This document shows positions 6,872-8,132 of a stretch of 8,132 nt of DNA, in pieces (position 1 is the first letter of the stretch; each line of letters starts with the position of its first letter). A program made the position numbers and the translations under genes. The notes under the pieces were generated by a model that worked only from the letters and a program-made list of their open reading frames with translations, had not been told where the DNA came from and made no database searches. Source of the DNA: Octopus sinensis (lineage: Eukaryota); contig NW_021828506.1 of assembly GCF_006345805.1 (NCBI RefSeq), forward strand, positions 1-8,132. The letters are read 5' to 3'.

Positions 6872-7217
6872 TGTTGCTTATTTTGAGTATATATATATAA
6901 TCAAAATAAGCAACAAGAATAACTTCGGTAATTTGGTACCAAATTACCGAAGTATTCTTGTTGCTTAATTGATTATAATAACCCATTTGATTTATATGGA
7001 TAACACCATACAAAATTCTGGTGCATCTAACTTAAGTACCATATTCATTTGAATCTAAATTTTGCTGAACTTATATATATATACATATGCACGACATATG
7101 GAGTAGGTGTAAATATATATATGTATTATATATGTACGCATGTAAAAATAAAAAATAAAAAAAGGATAAATAGAATAAAATAAAGTTTGAATTTTAACCG
7201 TTGTCCTGGAAAAGAGT

Positions 7218-7220
<3 letters not shown>

Positions 7221-7280
<60 letters not shown>

Positions 7281-7470
7281 ATGTATTGTGTATGTATATA
7301 TAATATATATATATATAATATATATGTATATATATATATATATATGTATGTATGTGTGTATATTGTATTTATGTATATAGAGATGGATGCGCGTCTATGT
7401 GTGTATGTGTAAGTGTCTATATGATTGTGTGTACTTGTATATATGTATAAGGTTATATGTGCATATATGT
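7221..7470. repeat. (TA)n and degenerate (TG/TA)n tract
   Basis: Read directly from the sequence. Confidence 0.95.
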
Positions 7471-7522
7471 ATCTAGGACGTTGTATCCATTCACCGTTAG
7501 ACAGTGGTGAGATGGTGAGAGT

Positions 7523-7836
7523 GACACACACACACACACACACACACAAATGTGTGTGTGTGTGTGTCTGCATAAATGTATATGTGTGTATATATACAAC
7601 ATTCAACAAGGTAACAGTCATGTATACAACTTGAACTGACACATATCATTACACAAACATACGTTCACATGTACATACACATGTACACACACATAGACAC
7701 GTCTACACACTCTCCTAAATACTCACATACATACGTAAGTACATAAGTACATACATACATACCCACACACACATACATACATAATCACACACACACACAC
7801 ATACATATACACCACCACACACACACACTTACATAC

Positions 7837-7890
<54 letters not shown>
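7523..7890. repeat. (CA)n/(TG)n, (CATA)n and (TA)n microsatellite cluster
   Basis: Read directly: (AC)n 7524-7548, (TG)n 7551-7567, degenerate CA/CATA at about 7650-7840, (AT)n 7841-7890. Confidence 0.95.
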
Positions 7891-7892
<2 letters not shown>

Positions 7893-8132
7893 CGGAGTAA
7901 CACACACAAATGTGAAACAAGGTGGAAAAACGAGTACTCAAATACCAGTGGTCGAGTAGTAATATGCTTTATTTTAAGCAGCAGAAACAGATTTATATTC
8001 ATACGCCTGTATATGTATGGCGTTGGCACGCATCCTTCTGTGTATGTTGATATATATATGTACACGTTAACATAAATTGTATTGCAGGGTATATTTTATA
8101 ATAGGTTTAATTTCTAAGCTTTAATTATACTT

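Larger units (their letters stand above)
6423..7055. repeat. Long inverted repeat (fold-back): left arm 6423-6639, spacer 6640-6753, right arm 6754-7055 with nested hairpin 6896-6977
   Basis: Outer ends: GATTCGAATGAATATAGTACTTGATTTAGATGCACCAGAATTTTGTATGGTGTTATCCATA versus the reverse complement of the right end, GATTCAAATGAATATGGTACTTAAGTTAGATGCACCAGAATTTTGTATGGTGTTATCCATA. Inner ends CATCAGCCAATTATAGAGGTTTTCCA and TGGAAAACCTCTATAATTGGCTGATG are exact complements. Confidence 0.97.

Noticed and set aside
6503-6977. Four copies of a roughly 40-bp unit as a CRISPR-like array
   Set aside because: The copies alternate in orientation, have no regular spacers, lie in a eukaryotic context, and have no cas genes nearby. 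Fold-back duplication explains them.
6417-7061. TATATT (6417-6422) and TAAATT (7056-7061) as a target-site duplication of the fold-back element
   Set aside because: A 5/6 match in very AT-rich DNA is expected by chance, so it was not used as evidence for a DNA-transposon origin.
7523-7568. (AC)n-AA-(TG)n hairpin
   Set aside because: The complementarity is real, but adjacent CA/TG microsatellites are common in this window and nothing suggests function.
7891-7990. Complex island after the (TA)n tract, possibly a truncated interspersed repeat (similarly 6345-6420)
   Set aside because: It has no internal hallmark or second copy in the window; assignment needs a repeat-library search.

Overview
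AT-rich, microsatellite-dense eukaryotic non-coding DNA (intronic or intergenic) with no intact protein-coding gene. The SINE and microsatellite landscape resembles a coleoid cephalopod such as Octopus (inference from recalled repeat families, not a database result). Contents: two decayed Tc1/mariner transposase relics (1-619, whose own 5' end is duplicated in inverted orientation, and 1826-2444, a DD34D C-terminal half with its TIR), six tRNA-derived SINE copies or fragments (two inverted pairs), a complete 291-bp non-autonomous Helitron (5035-5325, minus strand), and many simple repeats. The most notable structure is a 633-bp fold-back (6423-7055). Each arm carries an apparently intact type I hammerhead ribozyme, and the two point outward on opposite strands. 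Both have an unusually long stem II and a self-complementary stem III. A nested hairpin in the right arm has its symmetry axis at the predicted self-cleavage site. All ORF-track ORFs other than the mariner fragments are repeat artefacts or unsupported.
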